Below are positions 48,880 to 62,440 of a DNA stretch of 64,000 nucleotides, in pieces. Position 1 is the first letter of the stretch. Each line of letters begins with the position of its first letter. Source of the stretch: Octopus bimaculoides (Eukaryota); contig NC_068982.1 of NCBI RefSeq assembly GCF_001194135.2, positions 44,756,111 to 44,820,110 of the forward strand. Direction: 5' to 3'. A program made the translations under genes and the position numbers. Below the pieces are notes generated by a model. The model was not told where the DNA came from, did not search any database, and saw only the letters and a program-made list of their open reading frames with translations.

Positions 48880-49589
48880 CACAGACAGACAGTCAGATAA
48901 AAGAGTTAAGATTGCAAGAGACAAAGAGATAGACAGAACTAAAGTTGTGACAGAGTGAAGCAGTGAAGCATAAAAAAACAACAGTAGGGAAAGTGAAAGA
49001 GCAGAGATCAATCAATTTTTTCTCTCTTCATTGAACTATAGGTTCTCCATAAACATTTATTATATAGTAGGGGGGTGGGGCTTGAATATTTGTGAGAGGA
49101 CTTTATGCTGACATGTGTACGTCAACTGCTGGTCCTACTTTTTTACATTGTGCAAGCATTCAAAATGATATTTTCATATAGAACAGATACATTAAAACAA
49201 TGTGTAGATATATATATATTTCTTTCTCGATAACCACAAAACTCATACAAAGATCATCATTGTTATAAATGCCATCTATATTCTGCCATTTATGTATGTG
49301 TGTGTTATGTATGTCTATATTCTGCAATCTGTGCATGTGTATGCTATGTGTGTTGGTGCATGCATATCAGTACCGCATTACAACTGCAATGCAGCAAGCT
49401 CTTGCTCCAAGAGACACCGTGTTCTATAGTATTTTATTTCTACATTGCCAAGATGATACGTCTGCTGGAATTCTATATTATTATCAAGTTCACCATATTA
49501 CACTTGGAACAAACAAAATTGTCAACGACAAAAAACGGTGTTCCTTTTGAAAGCTACAGGAATATTGGATTCCATTCCACTTTGGGAAG

Positions 49590-50110
49590 CATCAATACTA
49601 TTCATCCTAATCAACAAGAATGTTCCAGCTCATCCCTTTCCAAACTTCATACATCCTTCACATTCAATGCCCAAGCTTCACTACCATGCATCATTGCACT
49701 CTGTACACAAGCATCATACAATCTGCCCCTCACCCAGAGAAAGAATTCAGTTGCTGCTCACGGAGGTAATAGGTCGCTGAATCTTACCACCTCAACCTTA
49801 CTCGCACTTCTATGCATTCACCCTCTTCCACTGCTATTAGGTCACATAAGTTCTTGAAACTATCAATGATTTCTAGTGAGCTTTCCAAATATTAAAAAGT
49901 TCATATCTCAAGTATCCTTTCTGCTAAAAACTTCCATAAATCAGCTACATTCTTCTCTGCTAACCTGCTTACGATCTCACTATACAAGACTGTGGTATTA
50001 AATTCCTACCTACACCTTTACTACATATCAGGCATATCTACTTCCTAGATTTGGTTTTGTCTTCTTTCTTTTACTAAAACGTGAATCTATGCTAGGTTTA
50101 CCTAAAGACT
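49590..50110 (-). pseudogene. RTE-clade LINE ORF2 remnant
   Basis: Across frames: VNLA..VLV, CLICSKGVGRN, LEIIDSF..L.DLI, RFSDLLP, WVRGRLYDACVQSAMMHGSEAWALNVKDV*SLER. Confidence 0.8.
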
Positions 50111-50376
50111 TCTGCTGCCTTGGACTTTTTGTTAAGTTTGTAATTTGAAATTTCTTTCCTAATTCTTCAACAAATTCAACTATGAAATTAGATTTTCAGC
50201 ATAAATACAGGAGTTCAAACAGACAGCCGGTCTTAAATACTTGTTATAGCCCAGATAACTTTAATAAATAGAACTCTGATGACAGAACTCTAATGGACAC
50301 CAACCTGAAAGCTAATTTTCTCACTCAACATGTTGCTAACTCTCACCATCATATATGTATATGTATGTATATGTAA

Positions 50377-50719
50377 GTGAAGGTGCATAGTTCAGTGGTT
50401 AAAGTGTTGGGCTCCCAATCATGAGGTAGAGAATTCAATTCTTGGACTGGGATGTGTGTTGTGTTCTTGAGCAAGACACTTTATTTCATGTTGCCCCAGT
50501 TCACTCAGCTGTAGAAATGAGTTGCAACATCACTGATACCAAGCTATATCGGCCTTTGCCTTTTATCTGGGAAACATCAGTGGCATGCAGAGGGGAGGCT
50601 GATATGCATGGGTGACTGCTGGTCTTCCATACAAAAAGACCACCTTGTCCAGACTTGTGCCTTGGAGTGGAACTTTCTAGGTGTAATCCTATGGTCATTC
50701 ATGACCAAAGGGAGTCTTT
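50377..50719 (+). mobile_element. SINE family D, full length, CpG-decayed
   Basis: Aligns to 1234-1567 with CG>TG/CA changes. Confidence 0.9.
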
Positions 50720-51490
50720 CTTTTAATATGTGTGTGTGTGTGTATATGTGTTTGCAATTAAGTTAAAGGGTTCAATAGATCATAAATTCTTTTTAAAAAG
50801 ATGCTCATATACATATGCAAATCAGGGGCATATAGTGTGTAGCTTCTCAGAGTAGACAGTAGATAACAATAATAAAGTGAGTAAAAGGCGTAATCACTGT
50901 CCAACAGATATATCATTAAACCATTAGACATATAATTAATATCTTAATACCTGGCTCTTACACTAGGAGAGAGAAACAGAGAGAGAGAGAGAGAGATTCA
51001 TTAAACACACACATAACAAGCAGGGTAATGCAACCATTCTCTCCTTGCTGCTATACAATGCAATATCAACTCAACTTATATTTGTACCTCTAAACTGCTG
51101 GAGCTCTTTCTGTTCAGATATCAGTTTATCATTTTTAATCACGTTTGACTTTTCTTGATAATTCAGCCAAGAAAAATTCTGAAGGGAAAAACTTGGAAAA
51201 GGTTAAATTTTGAAATATATCATCTTTAAAATTAACGGTGTGACAATAAACAATTGATAAGTCTGAAGTGTTTATGAAACAAAAATATTCAATAATAAAA
51301 GTAGTTTTGATGGTTAGTTTTGTTGTTGTTTTCTATGTGTCTATTGTTTTTGTTCACCTGTGCATATGCACACTCTTCACTTAATAGCAAAAGACAGCAG
51401 TTATTCTGTCATGAGGTCACCATATTTAATACCCTCTCAAGTTTCACTGACAGTAAATCACTTAATAACAAAAGGTGTTGACATATATAT

Positions 51491-51895
51491 TTTTTTACTC
51501 TTTTACTTGTTTCAGTCATTTGACTGTGGCCATGCTGGAGCACCGCCTTTAGTCGAGCAAATCGACCCCAGGACTTATTCTTTGTAAGCCTAGTACTAAT
51601 TCTATCGGTCTCTTTTGCCGGACCGCTAAGTTACGGGGACGTAAACACACCAGCCTCGGTTGTCAAGCGATGTTGAGGGAACAGACACAGACACACAAAC
51701 ATATACACACATATATATATATATTTGTACATATATACGACGGGCTTCTTTCAGTTTCCGTCTACCAAATCCACTCACAAGGCTTTGGTCGGCCCGAGGC
51801 TATAGTAGAAGACACTTGCCCAAGGTGCCACGCAGTGGGACTGAACCCAGAACCATGTGGTTCATAAGCAAGCTACTTACCACACAGCCACTCCT
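51491..51895 (-). mobile_element. SINE family A, full length, young
   Basis: Reverse-complement match to 12325-12748. Confidence 0.93.
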
Positions 51896-51906
51896 ACATA
51901 TATATA

Positions 51907-51937
<31 letters not shown>

Positions 51938-51956
51938 GGAAAGAGAGAGCACCTAC

Positions 51957-52190
51957 ATCATCATCATCATCATCATTGTTTTAACTTTCTGTTTTCCATG
52001 CTGTTATGGGTCAGACAGAATCTGTTGAAGCAGCTTTTTATAAGGCTGGATGACCTTATTGTCACCAACCCACACTTGTTTCCAAGTTTGATAAGTATCA
52101 TGGAAGACTGGAAGCCAAGAGCACTGCTTGCATGACAGTGACATTCATTTACAACTATCATGTGATGGCAAGGCAAAAGATACAGTAGCA
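51957..52190 (-). mobile_element. Degenerate RTE-like 3' end ((GAT)n tail on minus strand)
   Basis: (CAT)n then TTTAAC...TTTCCATGCTG...CTGGATGACCTT resembles the reverse complement of 48310-48470. Confidence 0.5.
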
Positions 52191-52299
52191 CATATGAACT
52201 GGCACACACTCCCACCCACCCTCACACACATATACACATACATACGTATACACCCACACATACATACTCATACTCACACACACATATATACATATAGAC

Positions 52300-53051
52300 A
52301 TTCAGTTTCCAAAACCACTCACAAAGCTTTGACTGGCTCGGGGTTGTAGTAGATGACACTTGGCCAGAATACCTAGCAGTAGGACTGAACCTGAAACCAT
52401 GTGGTCAAGAAGCAAACTTCTTACCACACAGCCACACTTGTGCCTATAGCAATGTATGCACCTACTATATAGGTGTGTGTGTGTATAGTGAACAGCTTGG
52501 CCTAGAGTGAAGCTCAGACTACTGTCAATTTTTGATATGCTAAACATATCTACTCTTCCCAATACACTGAGTTTGTTTTCAGATAATATTTCCCCAATGT
52601 AAAATACATTTTAATATAATTACAGCTCAAGCTGGCGGAATTGCTACCATGCCAGACAAAATGCTTAGTGGTATTTCATCTGTCTTTACGTTCTAGCTTC
52701 AAATTCTGACGAGGTCAACTTTGCCTTTCATCCTTGCAGAGTTGATAAAATAAGTGCCAGTTGAACACTGGGATCAGTATAATTGATTTGACCCCCTCCT
52801 CAGAAGTTGCTGGCCTTGTGCCAAAATATGAAACTAATATAGTTACAGTTCCTTACATCCCAACATATATTACTCTTTTACTCTTTTATTTGTTTCAGTC
52901 ATTTGACTGCGACCATTCCGGAGCACTGCCTTTAGTCAAACAAATCGATTTATTCTATTGGTCTCTTTTGCAAAACTGATAAGTTATGGGGATGTAGACA
53001 CACCAGCATTGGTTGTCAACCAACAGTGGGTGGACAAACACAGACACACAA

Positions 53052-53100
<49 letters not shown>

Positions 53101-53285
53101 CATAAGATGAGCTTCTTTCAGTTTCTGTCTACCAAATCCACTCACAAGGCATTGGTTGGGCCAAAGCTATAGCAGAAGACACTTTCCCAAGGTACCATGC
53201 AATGGGACTGAACCCAGAACCATGTGGTTGGTAAACAAACTACTTATCACACAGGCACTCCTGTGCCTATAGCCACTCCTGCACC
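52300..53285. mobile_element. SINE cluster: A 5' part (52300-52442, -), B (52628-52838, +), A (52871-53285, -)
   Basis: Family motifs recognisable with heavy CpG decay. Confidence 0.85.
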
Positions 53286-53308
53286 TGTATATATCTATAC
53301 TTATAAAG

Positions 53309-53632
53309 ATAAAGACCCTCTTCAGTCATGAATGACCATGAGACTGCACCTAGAAAGTTCCCCTCCGAGGCACAAGTCCAGGCAAGGTTGTTTATGAAAG
53401 ACCAGCAGTCACCCATACATACCAGCCTCCCCACTGATGTTATCTGAGGGAAAGACAAAGGCCAAAACAGCTTGGCACTAGTGACATCACAACTCATTTC
53501 TACAGCTGAGTGAACTGGAGCAACGTGAAATAAAGTGTCTTGCTCAAGAACACAACACAGCCGAGTCTAGGAATCGAACTCACTACCTCATGATTGTGAG
53601 CCCAATGCTCTAACAACTGAGCTATGCACCTC
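53309..53632 (-). mobile_element. SINE family D, full length, CpG-decayed
   Basis: Aligns to 1234-1567. Confidence 0.9.
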
Positions 53633-55296
53633 TGTGGTTGGAAAACACAGAAAATTGAATCTAGCTAACATTAAAATATCAACCCTTGGCTTGAATTTTA
53701 CATTGAATTTGATGGACTAAACAAGCATTTTTAAAACAAATTGGAAATTATTTAGATTTTATATTTAATTGTTAAAATTTGTAGTTTTTCTCCATGCAAA
53801 TACATCTATGCATATGTACATTTGTCACCATTCTCTTACTCATATTTACATTAGTAAAAACCTAAAATTAAATTCAAGTATTTTCTATTTAAAAAGTAAT
53901 GTGCATTTATGTATTATTCTTTAATTGCATAAACTTTGCTTCTGTTAATTATGTGAACAAAAAACAGGCTATACAATTTCTGAATGAATGTGTATGAATG
54001 CATGTGTACATACACACAGACACACACAGTCATATTCAGTGACAATTATAGTTTTCTTTTTTGGTAAAATATTGCACACTGCTGTCTATGTGTGTGTGTG
54101 TATGTATGGGTGTATCTGTCCATATATAGATATAGGTTTAGAAACACCATACGTACCATGCACTTGTAATAACACATCTAATATTTATACATAAATTTTT
54201 ATTTATGTACCAATATAATTACATGCTTATCTACTCATAGAAACATGTGCATATAGTGCCTTGTAGATCAAAATGTGTATCTGTATATATTTACAAATTC
54301 ATATGTGGCTACCTAACCTTCACATAGCTGTACCATACCTATCCATGTACCTATGCATCTCTCTCTGTATGTGTGAGTAAATATTTATGAACATATATAC
54401 ACACACACACACACATATGAATATATATTGTATGTGTGTGCTGTGTGTGTCTGTGTATGCAGACATGAATTCAATGTATTTCATACAGATATATTTGCAT
54501 ATAAATACATGTAAAGAAGTCTTACCTCTTATATATATATATAACTGCTTACAACCATTCAATATAATTGAATTTCTTTATGATGAAAATAATTATACGT
54601 CTTGTAAATCAATTATTTCAATCATCAATGAAATATTTCCAAAGATGTCTGAATCTGTCTGAATTCTGAATCTATATTAACCAGTTTCTGAGACTCAAGA
54701 AATTGTTGATTGACACATTCATACACTATTCTATTATAGTATGTATGCAAATTTCTGGTCAGTCACATGTATATATAATCATATATGCTTGTGATCATAT
54801 AGATATGTATAAACACCATTATACACAATAGACGACTATGTGTATTGTAAGGTATGTGTACACATATAATACATTTATATATCTGATATCTTTGATAGCA
54901 CATCTGTTTGATAACTAGTATCCATGACTATTCAGAAGAATGTAATATGCCCAATTGATAAGCTTTCAATCATCAGCCTGACACTTCTGTAATAAGCTCT
55001 TCAGAACTTGCTAGCTGCACTTCACCTTTATTGAAATTCACATGTTTCACCTGCTTCTTACAACTGATTTCTAGTTTTCTTTCCAAACTGCCACACTAAT
55101 TATTATTTCCTAGAACCAATGTCTCGGAAAATTTCTATACCATGTGATTCCCACCACTAGTTTTCACTAGCTTCCAATGTAGTGATGATAAAATGCAGAA
55201 ACTTTATTCGCCTTTTGCATCTTTCTAGTCCTGGACTACAAGCAGTGACCTATCTTAGCATTACATGTTAATGAAATAAATAACAATGCAGGCATC

Positions 55297-55332
<36 letters not shown>

Positions 55333-55384
55333 CATGCATAATGCATATGCATGTATATGTATGCGTGTATATATATATGCACAT

Positions 55385-55700
55385 GTGGAGGCGCAATGGC
55401 CCAGTGGTTAGGGCAGCGGACTTGCGGTCATAGGATTGCAGTTTCGATTCCCAGACTGGGCGTTGTGAGTGTTGAGCGAAAACACCTAAAGCTCCACGAG
55501 GCTCCGGCAGGGGGTGGTGGTGAACCCTGCTGTACTCCTCCACCACAACTTTCTCTCACTCTTTCTTCCTGTTTCTGTTGTACTTGTATTTCAAAGGGCC
55601 AGCCTTGTCACACTCTGTGTCATGCTGAATCTCCCCAGAGAACTATGTTAAGGGTACACGTGTCTGTGGAGTGCTCAGCCACTTGCACGTTAATTTCACA
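55385..55700 (+). mobile_element. SINE family C (3' end lost in gap)
   Basis: GTGGAGGCGCAATGGCCCAGTGGTTAGGGC head; aligns to 34197. Confidence 0.92.
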
Positions 55701-56097
55701 NNNNNNNNNNNNNNNNNNNNNNNNNNNNNNNNNNNNNNNNNNNNNNNNNNNNNNNNNNNNNNNNNNNNNNNNNNNNNNNNNNNNNNNNNNNNNNNNNNNN
55801 NNNNNNNNNNNNNNNNNNNNNNNNNNNNNNNNNNNNNNNNNNNNNNNNNNNNNNNNNNNNNNNNNNNNNNNNNNNNNNNNNNNNNNNNNNNNNNNNNNNN
55901 NNNNNNNNNNNNNNNNNNNNNNNNNNNNNNNNNNNNNNNNNNNNNNNNNNNNNNNNNNNNNNNNNNNNNNNNNNNNNNNNNNNNNNNNNNNNNNNNNNNN
56001 NNNNNNNNNNNNNNNNNNNNNNNNNNNNNNNNNNNNNNNNNNNNNNNNNNNNNNNNNNNNATGTGTGTATATTTATATATATATATATATATATATA

Positions 56098-56417
56098 ACC
56101 ACCATTCAAGCGTGATTGTTGCCAGTGTCACCCGACTGGCTCCTGTGCCGGTGGCACCTAAAAAAAAACACCATTCAAGCATGGTCATTGCCAGTGCTGC
56201 CAGACTGGCTCCTGTACAGATGGCATGTAAAAAGCACTGTTTGAATGTAGCCGATGCCAGTACTGCCTGACTGGCCCTTGTGCTGGTGGCACGTAAAAGC
56301 ACCCACTACATTCTTGAAGTGGTTGGCGTTAGGAAGAACATCCAGCTGTAGAAACTTTGCCAGACCAGATTGGATCCTGGTGCAGCCTTCTGGCTTGCCA
56401 GCCCTCAGTCAAACCGT
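56098..56417 (+). mobile_element. RTE-type 3' region, truncated before its tail
   Basis: Subrepeats and AAAAGCACCCACTACA...CAGTCAAACCGT as at 48084-48420. Confidence 0.75.
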
Positions 56418-56877
56418 TACAATGGGATTTTGTTCCACCAGGGTGTGCAGGATGTCCTTGTCAAACTCTACAGATCTTCCAGGATGATGCTCATTTTCTA
56501 GGCTATAATTTTCAATTCGGAATTTCTGGAACCATCATTGATACTGGCTTAGGCTTGTTGTCTTATCCCCATATACTGCATTAATATTCACCTTATCCCC
56601 ATATATTGGATTAATATTCCTTGCACTTTCTGTTGCACTGTTGCTTTCACTGAACTCATAAAGCAAAATATGCAGAATATGCTCCTTTGTCACTTCCATT
56701 ATAGCTTTGAAAAAATAACTGCAAAATCGAACTGCACTTTTCAGAACTTGCACTAAGAATAAGGACAAAGTAAAATTTGCTACCTGCTTTTATAGCAAGT
56801 TGGCGCAGGTAGTTTATCCCATCCTTCTCTCACTTTTAGTTCATGCAATTGAAAAAATTATTTATGGGATGACCCAA
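56412..56877 (-). mobile_element. Mariner element 5' fragment with transposase N terminus (ATG at 56699)
   Basis: TA|TTGGGTCATCCCATAAATAAT TIR; MEVTKEHILHILLYEF..SATESARNIN.[10-codon duplication].YGDKT..SQYQ*WFQKFRIENYSLENEHHPGRSVEFDKDIL..LVEQNP. Confidence 0.9.
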
Positions 56878-57192
56878 TATATATGCATGTATGGATACTC
56901 ACACACATACAAGTGCAAATATGATCAAATGCTATGTTGCTCATATTACAATTCAGTTCTTTCTGCCCAAATTCCCAATGTCAGTGCTGCTTAAAACGCC
57001 TGTTTATCTGCTATTGTTGGCAAGATAATACACCGCTTTCAGTCAGTTGGCTAAATAAAAATATAGAAAAACAAAGTGACATATGTTCCTGTACAATTCA
57101 CATGTCTCTGGTCATGGCTGAAACTCTTTGTGTTGCATTGCTAGTATTGTTGATTAGTCACACATGAGACTTACATCCAATCTTTATTTCAG

Positions 57193-57347
57193 TGATACAG
57201 TCAGAAATTCATTCCAATCAAAAATGACATTATCTGCAAATACAGAGCATTTACATGCAGATGCTTCAGTTTCTTTCCTTTCAACATTCTATCAGATCAT
57301 CATGCAAGAAATTCCCAATTGTGCAACAGCATTCCACAGTCGTGTAG
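57193..57347 (+). CDS. Candidate internal host exon (155 nt), unidentified
   Basis: TCTTTATTTCAG acceptor, AG|GTATTC donor; only one frame open (DTVRNSFQSK...CATAFHSRV); lies in the CpG-poor domain. Confidence 0.3.
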
Positions 57348-57975
57348 GTATTCATATAACCTATCCATAAATCACTTTCTCTAATTGTGGTTATGTCTCT
57401 TTGACATTCTAATCTTGTCTGTTATCTGTCCTGATTAACTGAGCATGTAAATGTTGGCAGAGTTCAAGATCAGACAGGTGATATTTTGATCATTTTAATA
57501 TGTTCCAAGTTTCTAACATGATCTGTCATTTTGAGGTTAACACAGCTCTGTAATTTGAACGTTTAATGTTTCTTATGTAGCCTCGTTGAAATGTCTCACG
57601 GTTTTGAATTTATTTTCTATGTGTTGATAAATGCACGGACACATAAACACACACACACATGTTTTTGTGTGTGTACATATACACACATATATATATGTAA
57701 TATATATACATATATTTATATTCATATATGTATATGCTCATTCATATAGATATATATATATATCCTTATTTATATATATATATATATATTTACATACATT
57801 TATAGATTCACATCTGAGTATGTATTATACACACACACACACACACACACACACTCAAATACACATATATGTATGCATATATACACACATATATATGAAT
57901 GAAATGTGTATGCATGTGTCAGTATATATGCTCAATTATGTGTGTCTGTGTATGTGTTTGTGTACATGTACAGAC

Positions 57976-58253
57976 CACTGGCTCAGGAACAAAATTTGCT
58001 GAGGGGGTGCAAACCCAGGTCCAAAATTTTTTACAAACAAGGTCTTGTTTTTTTTTTTGTTCTGTTATTTATTTTTGTGATTTGTTCTTTGGGAAGGAAC
58101 TTAACTTCAAGCTATTTTTTACACGTCACTTTTTTATTCACTGTTTTGTAATCCTGAAAAAAATAAGTAGGGTTGCAAATTTTGGTTCTGCACTCCGTAA
58201 AAATTCTAGGGGGTGCGCTTGCACCACCTGCACCCCCTGTTCCTGGGCCCATG
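57976..58253. mobile_element. hAT MITE (278 bp) with perfect 8-bp TSD
   Basis: TSD GTACAGAC at 57968-57975 and 58254-58261; TIRs CACTGGCTCAGGAAC / GTTCCTGGGCCCATG. Confidence 0.88.
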
Positions 58254-59508
58254 GTACAGACATCCAAATGATGCAGCTCGGAAACTAAAGAGTTAGATAG
58301 TCTTGATGCATGGAGTAAAGTTTGTTCATATATTTATTTTGACTGATTATTTTGCCGTTTCTCTAATCTATTTTAGCGGATGAAACTTAAATTACAAACA
58401 GATTTTCAGTTTAAATAAATATACATGTATGTATGTTTTGTCAAGTGACTCACAGTATTATTTGTAACAATATGTGACCCAGTAAAACTTACTGCATGAA
58501 CAGGTCATTCACAACTGCTTAGTAAGGAGAGTAGTTCTTGTTGGACACTCTCATCATCATCATCCAGTGTTTTAAATACAGGTTTTGTCTCTGTTAACGG
58601 GGGTGGCTGGATATACCTCAATGCCATAGCAACCGAGGTAGGCAGGTGCAACCCACCCCAACCTTTGGATGGCTGCTGTCCATTCTCCTTTACTATCGTG
58701 AGGCGTTTCTGGAGCTGGATTCTCTATGGGGAGCATGCCCTTGCATACCCCCCACCCTCAGTTTCTAGACATGAGTGGTTCCAAGACCAAGGCCTCCACC
58801 ACGATTTTTAAGAAATATGGTGGAAAACTAGCTCAGGAGGGCAGGGACACTACACCCTGAGACACCTTTCAGAGCCCCCCCCCACACACACACACACACA
58901 CACACACTCTGCAGAATGAAAAACAAAACTTATCAAAGGGCAGATGAGCTCAGTAAAATCAATGGCCATCCAAAAGCTGAAGTATGAAACACCTAATCTT
59001 CATCTCTCTCTTGGAGGAGAAAATTCTGAAATAACACCCACCTCATTGCAAAATCAGAAATCTTTGCACTTTCTTGATTCTGGACTTTTCGGCTTTTTAG
59101 GTGAGTCTTAGTAGTGTTGTGCAAGATATTGTTGACTTGAAATTTCAGTACAGGCACTGCTGACAGCCATTGCGTTTAACATCTAGAATAAGATAATTTG
59201 TTGGTGATGGTCACACTCCTCTTTGAGTTGACAACCATCCTATGTGTATATATTATGTGTGTATAAGTTTCACCATGAAAATATAAAAGTGCTCAATACA
59301 CTCTTGTATTAGAAATGTGTCTAGTGGTGTCTGAGTGTGTGTATGAGAGAGAGAGAGATTGTGTGTATGTGTACGTGTGTGTGTGTGTGTGCACATGTGT
59401 GTGTGTGCACATGTGTGTGTGTGCACATGTGTGTGTGTGTGATATTAGATGTGATAGTCTGAAATATTGTCAAATGGCAGTAAATGGAAACTACATATTT
59501 CCGATATC

Positions 59509-59893
59509 TACTCTTTCCCTCTTTTATTTGTTTCAGTTATTGGAGCACCGCCTTTTAGTTGAACAAATCAACCCCAGGACTTATTCTTTGTAATCCTAGT
59601 ACTTATTCTATCAGTGTCTTTTGCCGAACCGCTAAGTTACGGGGACGTAAACACACCAGCATCGGTTGCCAAGCGATGTTGGGGGGACAAACACAGACAC
59701 ACAAACACACACATATATATACATATATACAACGAGCTTCTTTCAGTTTCCGTCTACCAAATCCACTCACAAGGCTTTGGTTGGCCCGAGGCTATAGTAG
59801 AAGACACTTGCCCAAGGTGCCATGCAGTGGGACTGAACCCGGAACCATGTGGTTGGTAAGCAAGCTACTTACCACACAGCCACTCTTGCGCCT
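59509..59893 (-). mobile_element. SINE family A, near full length
   Basis: Reverse-complement match to 12325-12748. Confidence 0.92.
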
Positions 59894-62440
59894 GAGTACA
59901 TATTTGAGAATGCTTTGTGCTTTACTCAGTTTTTCCTGGCAGCAACACCCTTCAAAGCAGCCACTGCATAGCAGTCTTCCTATCATCACCTCGTTAATCA
60001 GAGAAACAAAAACTCATTATGCAGCAGACAGTGGTAGGAAGTGCAGGGCCCAACTAGAGAACTGTTATTTGGGCCTTCTACTCTACAAAAGTTGAAGATT
60101 GATGCTTTTATGTTTTGTGTAGTGCATCAGTCCCAACCAAAAAGCATTGCAAGTTTGAGGCTCTACCATTAGCCACAATGAAAAACTGAAAATTCGCCAT
60201 AGCATCTTCTGTGGGGCCCAATTTGAACAAATCTGTCTAATTGACTTAAAACTAGCCCTGCTACTGGAGAAGCAAGGATGAAGTATCCAGAGATTTCATT
60301 CTCTGGCAACCCACTCTCGTCCATACAGGTATTAGCAACCTACTAAAAATGGCCACGAAATTTCCCTCAGATTACTCCTAAACCATCTTGAATTGAATGT
60401 CCTTTTTAAAATGAATGTCACTGTCTCAAAAACAACAACAAGATGATCATAGTTGGAACATCTTTCATCACATCCCTTATCTGCTCAATGAGAGATGATA
60501 ACTGTTGGATACATGTAACAAAAACATCAATACCATCAATAATAGCAAACCTTATACCCACCTCAACTGTTTCTATATTTCTTTTCCAACTTGCACAGTC
60601 ATCACCGAAAATGTTTCATATTTCACTGAGACAAATAGGGATTTCCAGTCTTTTGGAATTAAATTATCTCCAATTCATAAGGAATTATCTCCTATTACTC
60701 AAGGATATTCTAAACATCTCTTGAAGTATTTAAAAATGACTCACATCTTGTTTTTGTTGTTTTTTTTTTTTGTTTTTTTTAGTTGGATTTATTATGTGTC
60801 TTAGTCTTTTTATCCATTCTTAAAGTTCCAGGTTCCTGAGATCTTATTTCATAGCAGTAGTTATACATCTTCCTCGATCCTCTTTTATAGATACTGTCAG
60901 CACATAGCACTATTTCACCCAGTTTTCATTCATTTGAATTAAAACATCCATTCTTATGCAGTCCTCTCTCTCCTTACAGTTGGCCAATGGCTTCAACACA
61001 AAAACCATCCATTCAAGTAAATTGTATTACACTTTTATGCAGATTATCATTATGTATTCATTGAATTATGCAGCCCTTCTTTTCTCTTTCTAATCTCTTC
61101 TTTCTAGTCTCAACAGATCATTTACATTCAATACCCATGTCTAAATATACTGCATCTTTACAGTTTGTCTTTCAAACAAAAGACAAACTGAAGATGAAGT
61201 GTAATTAGGCATAGGTATTGAATATTACCAACAGAGTCACCATTTCCTTTAATTTCTTTCATCATGCTTCCTTTACAGTAGTGATTTTTGCTTGTGTAAT
61301 AGCCAGCTCTAGTTACCTTGGTGACTACAAAATGTTAAAGGATGTCTAGTGAGCAATCTAAGTAATTCATGAATTCATTTTATGTTTGTCTCAGTTTCTA
61401 AATACTACATCAGAATGCCTAATTCTTTGTCAGTCTATCAGTGATTTCACTGCATCTTTTGTGTACATATTGCTTGACTGGGACTGATTACATAGTGAGC
61501 AAGGCTAATGTGCAGATAGCATTTTTGTTTGGTCATTAACATATTGACCTTTCAGAGCCAGAAGTTTGATCATGAAGACCTTCAGATTTTTTTTTTTTTT
61601 TAGCTTTAAAACACTTTCTGCTGCTCTTCAACAAATTCTACAGTGAAAGCCTGATCATCAATATATATAAGTTTCCAAGAGCTTCCAGCCTTAAATTCAC
61701 TAATTAACTACCATAGATGATTGCTGTTCAACGAGCAGCAATCACCTGAAATTCACTCTCTGCCCCTCATTTTTTTTGTCAAAGTTGACATGCAGATATT
61801 CAAGTTGAATATATACTGTATTGATTTCATCAGTCTTGGAAATCCTATGTAGTCGTAAAAGAAGTTAATTCGGTATAAAAAGAAAACATGGAAATCTCGC
61901 AGTGCACAGTGAAAAGAAATAATGTTAGATCCAGGTCCTTTATCATAAACAACACAATCAACACATGCCAAGCCAATAAGGGTGCATCTAATTAACCATT
62001 CAGTCAACTAGAAATAGCAGTCAAATCTCTCTCAAATCACACCCCATACTTTAAGAAAAAAGGTGGGAAATTACACATTGGATCTTGTAGTCTTAGATGC
62101 TTCAAAGGAAAAGGTGAGATGGTCACCTTTGGAGCAGCTTTGATCATAAGATTACTCCATCAAGATTAACTTTTGTCAAACTATGACAATACTATGCATA
62201 CAGTAGACATGAATTAAAAAGTTGGCTTATCCACTAATTAAATGTAGATAGGCAATTTCTGTTTCATACATGTATGTATATGAAATCTGTCAAAATTAAT
62301 TAAAATGGCTTCATCTGAGAATCGAAACAAGCAGTGATATATGATGGTTGTCACAGAGTGTGCTACTGTATTGAACCAGGCATACTCATTACTCAAAAAT
62401 AAACATACAACCATTAAGCTTTTCTTATCTTTCATCTGAT

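Noticed and set aside
49300-49857. 185-aa plus-strand ORF
   Set aside because: Largely the antisense strand of the RTE ORF2 remnant plus a (TG)-rich start.
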